Assembly (NCBI GenBank): GCA_011620345.1
Contig: WOZJ01000015.1
Location: 112-64,111, forward strand
Length of the DNA stretch: 64,000 nt
DNA from: Nitrospirota bacterium
Lineage (GTDB): Bacteria > UBA2233
Direction of reading: 5' to 3'
This document shows, in pieces, positions 52,034-63,308 of this stretch; position 1 is the stretch's first letter; each line of letters begins with the position of its first letter. The notes under the pieces were generated by a model. The model made no database searches. It saw only the letters and a program-made list of their open reading frames with translations, and had not been told where the DNA came from. The translations under genes and the position numbers were made by a program.

Positions 52034-53101
52034 TCATAGAAAATCGGACGCGATGGCGTCTTGCTCTTTGAGGAGCCTTTGTTTTTCCGAATCAGGAAGG
52101 AAGGCGGCAAGGATAGAGTTTTTAGCGAGCGTGGACACGTCCCATGCGCTCATGTCTAAAGCCTCGGCGCTTTGGAGGTAGTTTTCCAGCAAATAGCCGC
52201 CAAAATAGGCCGGGTCGTCCGAGTTGACCGTGACCAAGATCCCAAAATCCAAAAGCCGCTTTAGGTTGTGCTCCGTAAGCGACGGGAACACCCTTAACCT
52301 TACGTTGGAAAGCGGACAGACGCTCAAAGGGATCCGGCGGGCCTTGATCTCTTCCATTAGCTCCGGGTCTTCTTCCGAGCGCACGCCGTGGTCAACCCTA
52401 AGCACCTTGAGCTCGCTTAGCGCCTCTCTGACGTAGCCCGCCGGCCCTTCCTCGCCCGCGTGCGCGACAGGCAGAAACCCTTCTTCCCTGGCCTTGGCAA
52501 ACACCCGGCGGAACTTGGACGGCGGGTTGCCCGCCTCGCTCGAATCGAGGCCAACGCCAAGAATTGCCTTTTTGTAGGGAAGGGCCTGTTTTAGCGCTTC
52601 AAAGGCCTCCTGCTCGCTCAAATGGCGCAAAAAGCAAAGGATGAGCGCAACCGAGAGGCCAAGCTTGTTCTCGGCATCTTTGGCCGCCTCGAGAAGCCCT
52701 TCGATTACGGACGCGAAGGGAACCCCGCGGGAGGTATGCGCCTGGGGGTCGAAGAAGACCTCGGCCCGGACAATGTTCTCTTCGCTGGCCTTTTGAAAGT
52801 AGGCCATAGCCAGCTCGTAGAAGTCTTGCTTGGTCTTCAGGACCGCAAGCCCTTGGTAGTAAAGCTTAAGGAAGTCCTCCAGGTTGGAGAAGTTGTACGC
52901 CTCCTTCAGGGCCTCTGGCGTTTTGTAGCCAAGCGCTACGGCGTTCTTTTTGGCCAACCTAAAGACCATCTCTGGCTCGAGCGTTCCTTCGATGTGCAGG
53001 TGGATCTCGGCCTTGGGCATGGCCTTAAGGAAGTTTTGCATGACATCGCGGTCCATCCGCTTGGAAAGGGGGCTTTCTTTTGGTGTCGCCTTGGGTTCCA
53101 T
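52034..53101 (-). CDS. Adenine/adenosine deaminase (amidohydrolase add family, adenine-type)
   Basis: PKAEIHLHIEG, FFDPQAHT, AHAGEEG, RVDHGV, VCPLSN and NSDDPAYFGG. Confidence 0.92.
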   Translation of the reverse strand: MEPKATPKESPLSKRMDRDVMQNFLKAMPKAEIHLHIEGTLEPEMVFRLAKKNAVALGYKTPEALKEAYNFSNLEDFLKLYYQGLAVLKTKQDFYELAMAYFQKASEENIVRAEVFFDPQAHTSRGVPFASVIEGLLEAAKDAENKLGLSVALILCFLRHLSEQEAFEALKQALPYKKAILGVGLDSSEAGNPPSKFRRVFAKAREEGFLPVAHAGEEGPAGYVREALSELKVLRVDHGVRSEEDPELMEEIKARRIPLSVCPLSNVRLRVFPSLTEHNLKRLLDFGILVTVNSDDPAYFGGYLLENYLQSAEALDMSAWDVSTLAKNSILAAFLPDSEKQRLLKEQDAIASDFL

Positions 53102-53133
53102 GGTTTCCTTTGGTGTGTTGTGGGTGTTCCTGC

Positions 53134-55632
53134 TTACAAGAAAAGCTCAAGCGTCCCTGCTTGAGCGGGAATCTCCAGATCGCTCGATCCCTCTGACCTC
53201 GAAACCGGGACGGGCCTACCTTGAAAATGTGCGGACGAAAGCGCTTTGCCGTATACTTTCAGGTGGAAGCGCTTTGGCAGGGCATACGACCCAGATTGTG
53301 TAATCGCTACCGAAAGCCCGCCTGGTGTCCGCGCGAGCTGAAAATCGAACGCGTTGTAGGGGCTTTTCGTTGTCTGGCCATCGTCTATGTAAAAAAAAGA
53401 GTGCCCATCGGAGGCCTCGACGGGGGGATAAACCTCAAGCGTTGCCGTCTCGCCCGCGATTACCGAGACGTGCTGACCCTCTTGCATCGTGGGGATGACG
53501 CTTCCTTCCTTGATGAACAAGGGTAGTGTCCCAAGCGGCGCGCTCACGTAGTGCAGCGCCTGCCCCGAGAAGGTTCCCTTGGTTGCATGATCGTACCACA
53601 CGCCCTTGGGCAGGTACACGTAGCGGCCCTGGGCTCCCGGTTCGAGCACGGGCGCCACGAGCAGCGAATCGCCTACAAGGAATGCATCGTCCATGCTGTA
53701 CGTGGCGGGGTCGTCCTGGTAGGCGTACACGAGAGGGCGAAGGATAGGCTCGCCCGTCGTGGAAGCCTTAAAAAAGGCGCTGTAGAGGTAGGGCAGAAGC
53801 CTGTAGCGCAACCCGATCGCTTTGCGGATGAGTTCGGTATAGGGCTCGCCGAATACCCAAGGCTCTTGATCGTAGCTGCCCCGGTTCGTGTGGTTACGCA
53901 TGAGCGGGATGAGTGCGCTCGCTTCGTACCAGCGAACGAGCAGCTCGGGGGTAGGCGATCCCTCGAACCCCCCGATGTCCGACCCGACAAAAGGAACTCC
54001 AGACAGACCCATATTGAGGAACATTGGGTTTTGAAGCCTCAGATGAGGAAAGCTGGAGGTGTTGTCCCCTGTCCAAACGGCCGCGTAGCGTTGCACACCG
54101 CTGAAGCCGGCCCTAGAGAGTAAAAAGGGCCTTTTGGGGGACTGAAGAGCTTGAACGCCCTCGTAGCTCGCCTTTACCATAAGCAGCCCAAAAACGTTGT
54201 GCATCTTCTTGTGGCTGGAAATCAGCCCGGAATCGTCGAACATCACCCCGTCGTCCATCGTCTTGCCTGGGACGTCGAACACGGCGGGCTCGTTCATGTC
54301 GTTCCAGAACCCGTCAATGCCGGCATCCACAAGCCCTCGATAAAGCCCGCCCCACCATTCGCGCACGTCCTTTCGCGAAAAATCAGGGAAAACGCAGTTG
54401 CCAGGCCAGACCTTGCCGATGTAGAGCCCCCCATCCGGGTACTTAAGGAACGCATCCCGCTCGATCCCTTCCTTGAACACGCTGTATCCTGGGTCCACTT
54501 TCACTCCCGGGTCGATCATGCTTACCGCTTTCATGTCCATGGCATGAAGCGATTGTGTAAGCCCGGGAAGGTCTGAAAAGCGGGATTTGTCCCAGGTAAA
54601 AACCCGGTAGCCGTCCATGTAGTGGATGTCGAGCCAAACGACGTCCGTCGGAATGCGTTCTTGCCTTGCCCTTTTGGCGATGTCCAATACCTCGTTGTCG
54701 GGGTAGTAGCTGTAGCGGCACAACATGTGCCCCAGGGCCCAGGAGGGCGGCATGGGCATCGTGCCCGTCAGTGTCGCGTACCTACGGGCCACGTCGGGCA
54801 CCTTTGGGCCTGCAAGGAGGTACAAGTCTAGCTCGCCCCCTTCGGTCTGCACCCTATAGCGGTCTTCGAACTCCTTTCCAAGGTCGAAGTGGGTACGGTA
54901 GGAGTTGTCCAAAAACATTCCGAACGCAACGCCTTTTTTGAGTCCGATCAGGAATGGATGGGATTGGTAGAGTGGGTCATCGCCCGGTCCATAGCCAAAC
55001 GCGTCCGTGTTCCACATTTGGGTGTAGGTATGGCGCAAGTCGAGCCCGAGCGCCTTCTCGCCCAGCCCGTAAAAATGCTCGTCGTAGCCTAGCTTGAGCG
55101 TCAAAAGCACCGAATGGCCTTCCTCGGGTTCCAAAGGGGGCAAGGCTTCGGTGGAGGGCGCGTTTGGTAACGAGGCTTGTTTTTGCACGACGCTGCCAAT
55201 AGGCTTTAGGACGGCGTCTTCCCAGCTCAAGGGGGCAAACTCTTCGATCAGGACGTTGCCTTTTTGGTCTTCCACCCTAAGGCCCGGCTTGTGCCTTGTG
55301 AAGACAACGGCGAGGCTTTCGACGGCTAGCCGGACCTCCGAGGCGTTCTGCTCGATTCGGTAAGGGGCGCCTTTTGGCTTGAACCCCTCCTTTAGCGAGT
55401 AGGATGTATTTTTCAAAAAATTTCCACCTACGCCTAGCCGGACCCTGAGAATGCCCGGCTCGATCGCCTCCACCCAAACCGTTGCGTTGCTTAATGCCAC
55501 CTCCATCCCCACGCCCGTGTCCCGAACGCCCGTTACAGGTCCAAGCTCGTAGGCGTTCAGGTCAAAAGGCAAGAAGGCGCAGCAGACAGCCAACGCAAGC
55601 GTCAGAGCGGCGGATTTTTGCAACCAAGGCAC
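53134..55632 (-). CDS. GH31 alpha-glucosidase with signal peptide
   Basis: YGLGE, LYQSHPF, WLDIHYM, WNDMNEP (nucleophile), WTGDN (acid/base) and DIGGF; GTG start with AGGAG SD. Confidence 0.93.
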   Translation of the reverse strand: MPWLQKSAALTLALAVCCAFLPFDLNAYELGPVTGVRDTGVGMEVALSNATVWVEAIEPGILRVRLGVGGNFLKNTSYSLKEGFKPKGAPYRIEQNASEVRLAVESLAVVFTRHKPGLRVEDQKGNVLIEEFAPLSWEDAVLKPIGSVVQKQASLPNAPSTEALPPLEPEEGHSVLLTLKLGYDEHFYGLGEKALGLDLRHTYTQMWNTDAFGYGPGDDPLYQSHPFLIGLKKGVAFGMFLDNSYRTHFDLGKEFEDRYRVQTEGGELDLYLLAGPKVPDVARRYATLTGTMPMPPSWALGHMLCRYSYYPDNEVLDIAKRARQERIPTDVVWLDIHYMDGYRVFTWDKSRFSDLPGLTQSLHAMDMKAVSMIDPGVKVDPGYSVFKEGIERDAFLKYPDGGLYIGKVWPGNCVFPDFSRKDVREWWGGLYRGLVDAGIDGFWNDMNEPAVFDVPGKTMDDGVMFDDSGLISSHKKMHNVFGLLMVKASYEGVQALQSPKRPFLLSRAGFSGVQRYAAVWTGDNTSSFPHLRLQNPMFLNMGLSGVPFVGSDIGGFEGSPTPELLVRWYEASALIPLMRNHTNRGSYDQEPWVFGEPYTELIRKAIGLRYRLLPYLYSAFFKASTTGEPILRPLVYAYQDDPATYSMDDAFLVGDSLLVAPVLEPGAQGRYVYLPKGVWYDHATKGTFSGQALHYVSAPLGTLPLFIKEGSVIPTMQEGQHVSVIAGETATLEVYPPVEASDGHSFFYIDDGQTTKSPYNAFDFQLARTPGGLSVAITQSGSYALPKRFHLKVYGKALSSAHFQGRPVPVSRSEGSSDLEIPAQAGTLELFL

Positions 55633-55715
55633 CCGGTTTTGCTCCTATTGTATGGTAACGTGGTTTTTACTCAATTCTACCGAACAATGCAGACATCCCG
55701 TCAAGGAGCTTCTCT

Positions 55716-57194
55716 ATGGAAGTGTTCCACGGCCTCGTCGAGCGCTTCGATATCAGGGCGCTGAACACGCTTTTTGGTTATTTCTGCATCTTGAGCGTTT
55801 TGCTGCTCCTTGGCAAGCTCTTGCGGGGAAGCTCCAAACTTCTTCAGGCCGGGCTCATTCCGGCCAGCATGATCGGGGGGTTCCTCGGGCTCGCGCTCGG
55901 GCCCTACGGCCTTGGCAAGGCGCTAGGGGCGGTTTGGCCAGGCATCGAAGGGGGGCTTGCCCAAGTCACTCTAGGGATCTCCAAGCTGCCCGTTCGGCTG
56001 ATCGACGTGGTATTCGCCACGATGTTTTTAGGGGTTGCGATTCCGAGCCCTAGGGCCATCGTGAGGGCTTCGGCAGGGCAGCTCGCGTTTGCCATGCTGA
56101 TCGGCGGGCCGATGCAGTACGTGGTCGGCGCGCTCATCACGGCGGGTATCTTGATCCCCTTGTTTCACGTAGACCCGACGTTTGCCGTGTTCATCGAGGT
56201 GGGCTTCTGCGGGGGGCCTGGAACGGCCGCCGGAATGGCGCAGGCATTCAAGGAAGGCTACGGGGAGCTTGGATGGGCATTCCCCGACGGCGCCGATTTG
56301 TTGTTCGCCACGGCAACGATCGGAATTTTGACGGCTACAATTGTCGGGATGGCGCTGGTTCGCCTAGCCATAAAAAGGGGCTTCGTCAAGAACCCCGCAG
56401 GCGGCCTTGATGGAGAGACAGACCCTTTGGCGCACCCATGGATTCTCCCAAAGGAATCCAGGTACTCGATCGCTAGCGCAACCGTCTCGCCCGTTTCGAT
56501 CGAGCCGCTCGCGCTGCACATGGCGCTCGTGTTCGTGGCGATGCTTTTTGGCTACGCGCTCGATGCCGGGCTTTCGTTGGTTGGGAGCGGCCTTGCTTTA
56601 CTTACAGGAAAGACGCTCGTTGGCGTCGCGTTCGATGCCGTCCCCACGTTTCCTTTGACGATGCTTGGCGGGCTCTTCTTGCAGCTTGGGCTGACGAAAG
56701 CGGGTATGGCCGAAATCGTGGACAAGGACACGCTAGAGCGCATCCAGGGCGCTTCGCTCGAGTTTCTGGTCGTCGCGGCGATCGCGAGCATCAACCTGCC
56801 CGTTCTCGCCAAGTATTTTTTGCCGCTTTTGGTGCTCATTACGCTGAGTGTAGCGTTCATTACCCTCGGAACGCTTTATTTTGGCCCTAGGATTTTTAAA
56901 CAGGCCTGGTTTGAGCGTTCGATCGTGGAGTTCGGGATGCAAACGGGCGTAGCGGCAATGGGGTTGATGCTGCTTCGTGTCGTCGACCCCAGGTTCAAAT
57001 CGGGAGCCATCGAGAGCTTCGGCTTGAAGCAGATAATCTACGAGCCGTTCTTCGGCGGCGGGTTTGTTACTGCCATGGCCCCGCTGTTGGTCCTCGTTTT
57101 GGGCCTTCCTTGCTTTGCGGCCGTGATGTTTGGCCTAAGCGCCCTCGTCGTCGGCCTATGGTGGCTTTTTGAAGGGCGAAAGCTCGCTAGGTGA
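55716..57194 (+). CDS. Sodium/glutamate symporter (GltS/ESS family)
   Basis: IPASMIGG, FCGGPGTAA and FGMQTG..AMG.MLL...DP. Confidence 0.85.
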   Translation: MEVFHGLVERFDIRALNTLFGYFCILSVLLLLGKLLRGSSKLLQAGLIPASMIGGFLGLALGPYGLGKALGAVWPGIEGGLAQVTLGISKLPVRLIDVVFATMFLGVAIPSPRAIVRASAGQLAFAMLIGGPMQYVVGALITAGILIPLFHVDPTFAVFIEVGFCGGPGTAAGMAQAFKEGYGELGWAFPDGADLLFATATIGILTATIVGMALVRLAIKRGFVKNPAGGLDGETDPLAHPWILPKESRYSIASATVSPVSIEPLALHMALVFVAMLFGYALDAGLSLVGSGLALLTGKTLVGVAFDAVPTFPLTMLGGLFLQLGLTKAGMAEIVDKDTLERIQGASLEFLVVAAIASINLPVLAKYFLPLLVLITLSVAFITLGTLYFGPRIFKQAWFERSIVEFGMQTGVAAMGLMLLRVVDPRFKSGAIESFGLKQIIYEPFFGGGFVTAMAPLLVLVLGLPCFAAVMFGLSALVVGLWWLFEGRKLAR

Positions 57195-58932
57195 GCTTTC
57201 GTACCCTGTCCGCGATCACTGTCATGACGATCTTCTCACGGTTGGGTTCACCCTTGATGATCGAAGAGGCAAACTTGCGTGCCTGCTCGAACGTGATTTT
57301 TGGCGGCATTGGGGGCTCGAAGGGGTCTATCTTGGCCTCCAAGAGGGCGGGGCCAGGGCATCCTAGGAACTCATCGAGCGTGCTCTCGAGCTTTTCCGAG
57401 GCCTCGAGCTTCATCCCTACGGCACCGCAGGCGATGGCGAACATCGAGAAATCCATCGTCTCTAATTCGCAGCCATACTCTGGGTTGCCCAAAAAGGCCA
57501 TTTGCTCCCACTTGATCATCCCGAGCGTGTCGTTTTTAAACACCACCACCTTGATGGGCAGCTTGTATTTCACGGCCGTGACGAACTCCCCCATGAGCAT
57601 ACTGAACCCCCCATCCCCGACGATCGCCAAAGAGAGCCGGTCCGGATGGGCGATTTGTGCCGCAAGCGCGTAGGGCAGCGCGTTGGCCATGGATGCGAGC
57701 GTCCCCGAGACAGAGTGCATCTGGCCTTGCTTGACAGGCATATGCCTGGCCCACCATGTCGTGATCGTTCCCGAATCGCATGAGACGATGGAGGTTTCAG
57801 GCAAGCGTTTGGCAAGCTCGTGCGCAAGGGCCTGGGGTTTGACCGGGTTGACCCGCCACTTTCCCTCGTCTTCGATGGACTTTCTCCAGTGCGCCATCTT
57901 CTTTTGCGCCTCTTTTAGAAACTTTCCGTCCGTATCGGGCTCGGCTAGCTCCGTAAGCGCGGCAAGAATGGGCTTCGAGTCCCCTACAAGGCCCACCTCG
58001 ATGGGGTAGCGAAGCCCGATCCTTGCGGGGTCTCGGTCGATTTGGATTGCCTTGGCCTGTCCTGGCCTGGGCAAGAACTCCATGTAGGGAAACGAAGAGC
58101 CGACGATCAAAAGCGTATCGCACGCTTCCATGATTTCTTGAGACGGCCTCGTCCCTAATAGCCCTAGCTGGCCTGTCGTATATGGGCTATCGTCCGGCAA
58201 CACGGCCTTGCCCAAAAGCGCCTTGGCCACGGGGGCTTGCCGCTTCCTAGCGAACGCCTCCAGCTCGTAAGCTGCGTGCAACGCCCCCTGTCCAGCCAAA
58301 ATGGCCGTTTTCTTGCCGGCATTGATAATGGCGGCGGCATCCTTGAGCGCCTCCGCTTGGGGCATGGTCGCCGCATGCCCAAGCCCTGGAAGCGAATGGT
58401 TCGGGACATTCCGGAAAGAACGCAGAAGCTTTACGTTTGCTTCCTGGATATCTACCGGAATGGTGATATGGGCCGGCCCCTTTCGGCTGAGCGCCGTCCG
58501 GATTGCTAAATCCAGGACGTTCTCGAGGTGTGCAGGCCCCATGACTCGTTCGTTGTACACGCACGCATCCTCGAACACCCGGTCAAGGGCAACGTCTTGC
58601 TGGACGCGCATGCTGATCAAGTCGTGGAACTGAAGGCCCGTGATGGCGAGTACAGGCTGGGAATCAAGCCTGGCATCGTAGACGCCGTTGAGCAAATGGA
58701 TACCGCCTGGTCCCGAAGTAGCCAAACAAACCCCGATCCGCCCGGTATACTTTGCGTAAGCGCACGCCATGAACCCGGCCGATTCCTCGTGGCGGACCTG
58801 GATGAAGCGAATCTTATCTTTCCTGCCCCTCAAGGCCTCCATGATCGGGTTAATTCCGTCTCCTGGAAGCCCGAAGAGCGTATCCACGCCCCAGGCAATC
58901 AGGCCTTCTACAAGGACATCCGCCGTGTTCAT
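57187..58932 (-). CDS. ThDP-dependent pyruvate oxidase/dehydrogenase (PoxB/CidC-like)
   Basis: FGLPGDGIN, RHEE.A.F.A, SGPGGIHLLNG.YDA and GDGGFSM...N. Confidence 0.93.
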   Translation of the reverse strand: MNTADVLVEGLIAWGVDTLFGLPGDGINPIMEALRGRKDKIRFIQVRHEESAGFMACAYAKYTGRIGVCLATSGPGGIHLLNGVYDARLDSQPVLAITGLQFHDLISMRVQQDVALDRVFEDACVYNERVMGPAHLENVLDLAIRTALSRKGPAHITIPVDIQEANVKLLRSFRNVPNHSLPGLGHAATMPQAEALKDAAAIINAGKKTAILAGQGALHAAYELEAFARKRQAPVAKALLGKAVLPDDSPYTTGQLGLLGTRPSQEIMEACDTLLIVGSSFPYMEFLPRPGQAKAIQIDRDPARIGLRYPIEVGLVGDSKPILAALTELAEPDTDGKFLKEAQKKMAHWRKSIEDEGKWRVNPVKPQALAHELAKRLPETSIVSCDSGTITTWWARHMPVKQGQMHSVSGTLASMANALPYALAAQIAHPDRLSLAIVGDGGFSMLMGEFVTAVKYKLPIKVVVFKNDTLGMIKWEQMAFLGNPEYGCELETMDFSMFAIACGAVGMKLEASEKLESTLDEFLGCPGPALLEAKIDPFEPPMPPKITFEQARKFASSIIKGEPNREKIVMTVIADRVRKLT

Positions 58933-58958
58933 AGGCTTTTGTTTTCCTCCGAAGTTTT

Positions 58959-59432
58959 TTATGGCCTTACGTAGGCGTATCCCTCGCTTTGTTTCCGGAT
59001 CACCTCGACGACCCCAGCCGGCACGACCTGGATAAACCCAGGCAGCGACGCCTGCTCCACATGGAAGGCATTCAGCGCGTTTCGGCAGGCCACGAACCGG
59101 ACACCGCGGGAGTTGAGAGCCTCCATCCTTGATGTCAGCGATGGATCAAGAAAGCCCTTGACCGCTTCTGCGTTGCCGACGATCTCCAGCTTGGCTTTTT
59201 CCTCGCCTACCTCGTACAGGATATTCTCAAGGTTGGTGAGCGCAAGGCTCCATTTTGCCGCCTCGTCGACGTGGAACACCGCCATGAGGCCTTCTTGCTG
59301 CTTCAAAGCCCCTTCCTCGGCATTTCCCTTTGAGGACTTAGGGCCGTACAGCAGGCAAAAGGTTGCCACAATGCCCAGCACGCGGGCCAGCCTTCTTATG
59401 ACCCGGGCACCTTGCCCGACTCGCCTAAACAT
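58959..59432 (-). CDS. DsrE/DUF1791-family protein, possibly exported
   Basis: VFHVD...[13 protein letters not shown] and VPAGVVE...Q..GYAYVRP. ATG 59432 overlaps the glnA stop; start uncertain. Confidence 0.8.
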   Translation of the reverse strand: MFRRVGQGARVIRRLARVLGIVATFCLLYGPKSSKGNAEEGALKQQEGLMAVFHVDEAAKWSLALTNLENILYEVGEEKAKLEIVGNAEAVKGFLDPSLTSRMEALNSRGVRFVACRNALNAFHVEQASLPGFIQVVPAGVVEVIRKQSEGYAYVRP

Positions 59433-60837
59433 CGTAGTACAGAGCGAATTCGTAAGGGTGCGGGCGTAGCCTGATTTGGTCCACTTCAATCTTGCGCTTG
59501 TAGTCAAGCCAGGTTTCGATCACGTCCTGGGTGAAGACGTTACCTTTCAAAAGGAACGCATGATCGGCCTCGAGCGCGTCGAGGGCCTCTTCGAGCGAGG
59601 CGGGCATTTTAGGAACGCCTTCGAGCTCCTCAGGGGAAAGGGCGTAGATGTCCTTGTCTAAAGGGCTACCGGGCTCGATCCGGCTCTGGATGCCGTCAAG
59701 TCCCGCCATGAGCAGTGCGGCGAAGGCGAGGTAGCCGTTGCACGACGGGTCCGGGAATCGCACCTCAATCCGCTTGCTCTTGGGGGAGGTGGAATACATC
59801 GGGATGCGGATCGAGGCCGAGCGGTTGCGTGAGGAATACGCCAAATTGACGGGCGCCTCGAACCCCGGGACGAGCCGCTTAAAGCTGTTGGTGGTCGGGT
59901 TGGTGAGCGCAGCCAGCGCGGCCGCGTGCTTTAATATTCCGCCGATGTAGAACATGGCGATTTCGGAGAGCCCTCCGTACCCATCGCCCGAGAACAAGTT
60001 CTTTCCTCCCGCCCAGATGCTCTGGTGACAGTGCATTCCAGAGCCGTTATCGCCGAACAGCGGCTTTGGCATGAACGTTACGGTTTTGTTGTGCCTCGCG
60101 GCCACGTTCTTAATGACATACTTAAACCACATGAGCATGTCGCCCATCTCTACGATGGGGGAAAAGCGCATGTCGATCTCGCATTGCCCGCCGGTGGCCA
60201 CCTCGTGGTGCTGCGCTTCGATCCGGATGCCGACCTGCTCCATAATCCTGCACATTTCGGTCCGTATGTCCTGGGTCTTGTCGGACGGCGGGACGGGAAA
60301 GTATCCCTCTTTGTAGCGGGGCTTGTAGCCAAGGTTGGGGCGCTCTTCACGGCCCGTGTTCCATCGACCCTCAATAGAATCCAGGGAGTAGAAGCCGAAG
60401 TTCGGCCCCTGGTCGAAGCGGACGTCATCAAAGAGGAAAAATTCCGGCTCCGGACCGAAGTAGGCCGTATCGCCGATCCCGATCGACTTTAAGTAGGCCG
60501 CCGCCTTCTTGGCGATGTTCCTTGGGTCGCGGCTGTAGGGCTCGTGGGTAATTGGATCGACGATGTCGCAGATCAGGCTCAAGGCAGGGCCCGCCAGGAA
60601 AGGGTCCATGACGGCCGTGTTGGGGTCGGGGATGACGAGCATGTCGGAGGCATGGATGGGCTGCCAGCCGCGGATAGAAGAGCCGTCAAACCCGAACCCT
60701 TCTTCAAAGGTACTCTCTTCGAGCTCGTAGATGGGGACGCTGAAATGTTGCCACATTCCGACGAAATCGAGGAATTTGAGGTCCACCATCATGGCGGAAT
60801 GCTTTTTTGCGTACTCGAGTACCTCTTTTGGCTCCAT
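59425..60837 (-). CDS. glnA: Glutamine synthetase type I
   Basis: [48 protein letters not shown] and adenylylation Tyr (KDIY). Confidence 0.99.
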   Translation of the reverse strand: MEPKEVLEYAKKHSAMMVDLKFLDFVGMWQHFSVPIYELEESTFEEGFGFDGSSIRGWQPIHASDMLVIPDPNTAVMDPFLAGPALSLICDIVDPITHEPYSRDPRNIAKKAAAYLKSIGIGDTAYFGPEPEFFLFDDVRFDQGPNFGFYSLDSIEGRWNTGREERPNLGYKPRYKEGYFPVPPSDKTQDIRTEMCRIMEQVGIRIEAQHHEVATGGQCEIDMRFSPIVEMGDMLMWFKYVIKNVAARHNKTVTFMPKPLFGDNGSGMHCHQSIWAGGKNLFSGDGYGGLSEIAMFYIGGILKHAAALAALTNPTTNSFKRLVPGFEAPVNLAYSSRNRSASIRIPMYSTSPKSKRIEVRFPDPSCNGYLAFAALLMAGLDGIQSRIEPGSPLDKDIYALSPEELEGVPKMPASLEEALDALEADHAFLLKGNVFTQDVIETWLDYKRKIEVDQIRLRPHPYEFALYYDV

Positions 60838-60913
60838 GCGGACTCCTTTCTGGGGATCTTATCTGGGGATTTTAGGCTATGGTTACAACCTCCAAAGAAA
60901 CGACCTTGTAGGG

Positions 60914-61261
<348 letters not shown>

Positions 61262-61286
61262 TCATCCCGTTTTTAGGGCGTTTCTG

Positions 61287-62042
61287 TTAATGCGAAAGGC
61301 GCTTTTTGGCAATATATATTGCCACAAACACGCTTATTCCACAAACGGATAAAAAAAGCAAGAATGCAGCCACAGGGAAGCCTAAGCGTTGTCCCATGGC
61401 GAACCTAGCCACTTCGATCGCCTGGAACAACGGGGAGAGAAAAACGACACGTCTAAACCGCTCGCCGAACGCGTCCGCAGGGAAGAATACGCCCGAGAAC
61501 AAAAAAAGCGGGGCGACGATCAGGCTGAAGAAGTACGAAAAGAAATCGTAGCTCTTGGCCATCATGGACGTAAGGAACGACAGCGAGGCGATGAACAACC
61601 CGAAGAGAAAATTTACGGAGAGCTGCAAAACCAAGCTTTTGAGCGATGGAACGAGCCCGATCACGAAGAACACACCGAGCATGCATCCGGCCGCGAGTAG
61701 CCCCTTGAATGCCCCCCAAAAGATTTCTCCAAGCGCAAGCTCCCAGGCAAGAACGGGCGTGTATAGGATGGCATCGAAGGTTCCTTGCCTAGCCAGCCTG
61801 GTGTAGGTCGAGAAGGTGCACTCGTATGCGCTCGTGTACAAGCAGGCCGATAAGGCCAACCCCGGCGCCACGAATTCAAGGTAGGAGAGCTCGCCGATCT
61901 TAGGCATGAATCGTCCCAGCCCATAGCCGAAGGCAAAGATGTACAGCACTGGCTCGCCGACGTTTCCTACGAGCGAGGCGAACCAATACCTTTTCCAAAC
62001 CCTGAAATGACGAAGAAAAACCTTTAGGAACCCCAACGGCAC
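61287..62042 (-). CDS. ABC-2 type exporter permease (NodJ-like)
   Basis: EPVLYIFAFGYGLG, YLEFVAPG and PLFLFSGVFFP. Confidence 0.9.
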   Translation of the reverse strand: MPLGFLKVFLRHFRVWKRYWFASLVGNVGEPVLYIFAFGYGLGRFMPKIGELSYLEFVAPGLALSACLYTSAYECTFSTYTRLARQGTFDAILYTPVLAWELALGEIFWGAFKGLLAAGCMLGVFFVIGLVPSLKSLVLQLSVNFLFGLFIASLSFLTSMMAKSYDFFSYFFSLIVAPLFLFSGVFFPADAFGERFRRVVFLSPLFQAIEVARFAMGQRLGFPVAAFLLFLSVCGISVFVAIYIAKKRLSH

Positions 62043-62998
62043 TACATTACCCTCTCTTGGCCGTTTCCAAGCAACTTGAAGTAGACATCTTCAAGCGTGG
62101 GCTCACGCTTAAAGATGCGGACAGATTTTAACCCCTCGAGCCACCCCTTTAGCCCGTCCTTGAGGCCTTCCTTGAGGTAAAGTCTTACGGTGTCTGCGAC
62201 GATCTCTTTTTGTCCTTTAGGAAGTGGGACGCCATCGAACAACTCTTTGATTCGTCCTTTTGGGGCGACCAGTTCGATCACCAGCTCGCCAGTATAGTGC
62301 ATCACGAGCGTTTCAGGGGAGCCTTCGGCGATCTTTAGGCCCTTGTCCAGGATGATCGCCCGGTCGGCCAGGATGTTCGCCTCTTCCAGATAATGGGTCG
62401 TAAGAAGGATGCACACGCCCAGGGCCTTGATTCGCGATATGGCCTCCCAGATGTCCCTCCTCGAAAACGGGTCGAGCCCCGTGGTCGGCTCGTCCAAGAT
62501 GAGCACCTTGGGGTTGTGAACGAGCGCCCGCGCGATTAAAAGCCGCCTTCGCATTCCCCCCGAAAGCGCATCGATGGGCTCTTTGGCGTAGGCCTTAAGC
62601 CCTAGAAACTCGAGCCATTCAAGGGCGCTTGAGAGCGCCTCTTTCCTGGGAATGCCGTAATAAGAGGCGTAAGTGATGAGGTTTTCCAAAACGCCCAGCT
62701 CGGTATCGAGAGAATCCGCTTGGGGGGCGACACCTAGGCTAGCCTTGGCAAGCCTAGGATTCCGTTGAAGGTCCATTCCAAGGATGGAAACATTCCCTTC
62801 GGTGGGCCTTACGAACCCGCAGAGCACATGAAGGGCAGTCGTCTTGCCCGCCCCGTTCGGGCCAAGCAGGGCGACACACTCTGAAGCCTCGATAAGAAGG
62901 TGAAAATTTTCGAGCGCAAGCCTCGCGCCGTAAACCTTTGTTATGCGCTCCATCCGGACGATTGGAGCCTTGGAGTGGGAAGCTCTCTCGGAATACAT
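62042..62998 (-). CDS. ABC exporter ATP-binding protein (NodI-like)
   Basis: GPNGAGKT, LSGGMRRRL, LDEPTTGLDP, TTHY and TLEDVY. Confidence 0.93.
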   Translation of the reverse strand: MYSERASHSKAPIVRMERITKVYGARLALENFHLLIEASECVALLGPNGAGKTTALHVLCGFVRPTEGNVSILGMDLQRNPRLAKASLGVAPQADSLDTELGVLENLITYASYYGIPRKEALSSALEWLEFLGLKAYAKEPIDALSGGMRRRLLIARALVHNPKVLILDEPTTGLDPFSRRDIWEAISRIKALGVCILLTTHYLEEANILADRAIILDKGLKIAEGSPETLVMHYTGELVIELVAPKGRIKELFDGVPLPKGQKEIVADTVRLYLKEGLKDGLKGWLEGLKSVRIFKREPTLEDVYFKLLGNGQERVM

Positions 62999-63308
62999 AA
63001 AATACGCAAGGTCTGCCAGTGGATGATTTCTACCTTAACACAAACCAAAGACGCTTGGAAACGCACGGGGCTTTCCTGCCGGATAGCGCGCACCGGCAAG
63101 CTTCTCATTTTCCCGTCTTGCAAAATGGTATGCGAGGCATGCCTTGTCCAAGGGGGGATTGTTGGTATCGGCCAAGGGTGTTGCGCAAGCGTTCAAGCGT
63201 ATAAACGTTGGATTGATACAACGCGATGATGCTAAGCTAGTTTTCGTCCAAACGACAGAAATCAAGCCGATTCTGCAAAAACGGCATCCACGACCAAAGA
63301 GGAACGGG

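Noticed and set aside
61307-61324. Reading the glnB palindrome as a sigma54 -24/-12 promoter
   Set aside because: GG-to-GC spacing is 11 nt, and sigma54 strictly needs 10.
63125-63229. Cys-rich 34-aa ORF MVCEACLVQGGIVGIGQGCC... in the nodI/hydrolase gap
   Set aside because: No SD, no neighbouring modification enzyme, and it sits in a divergent promoter region.
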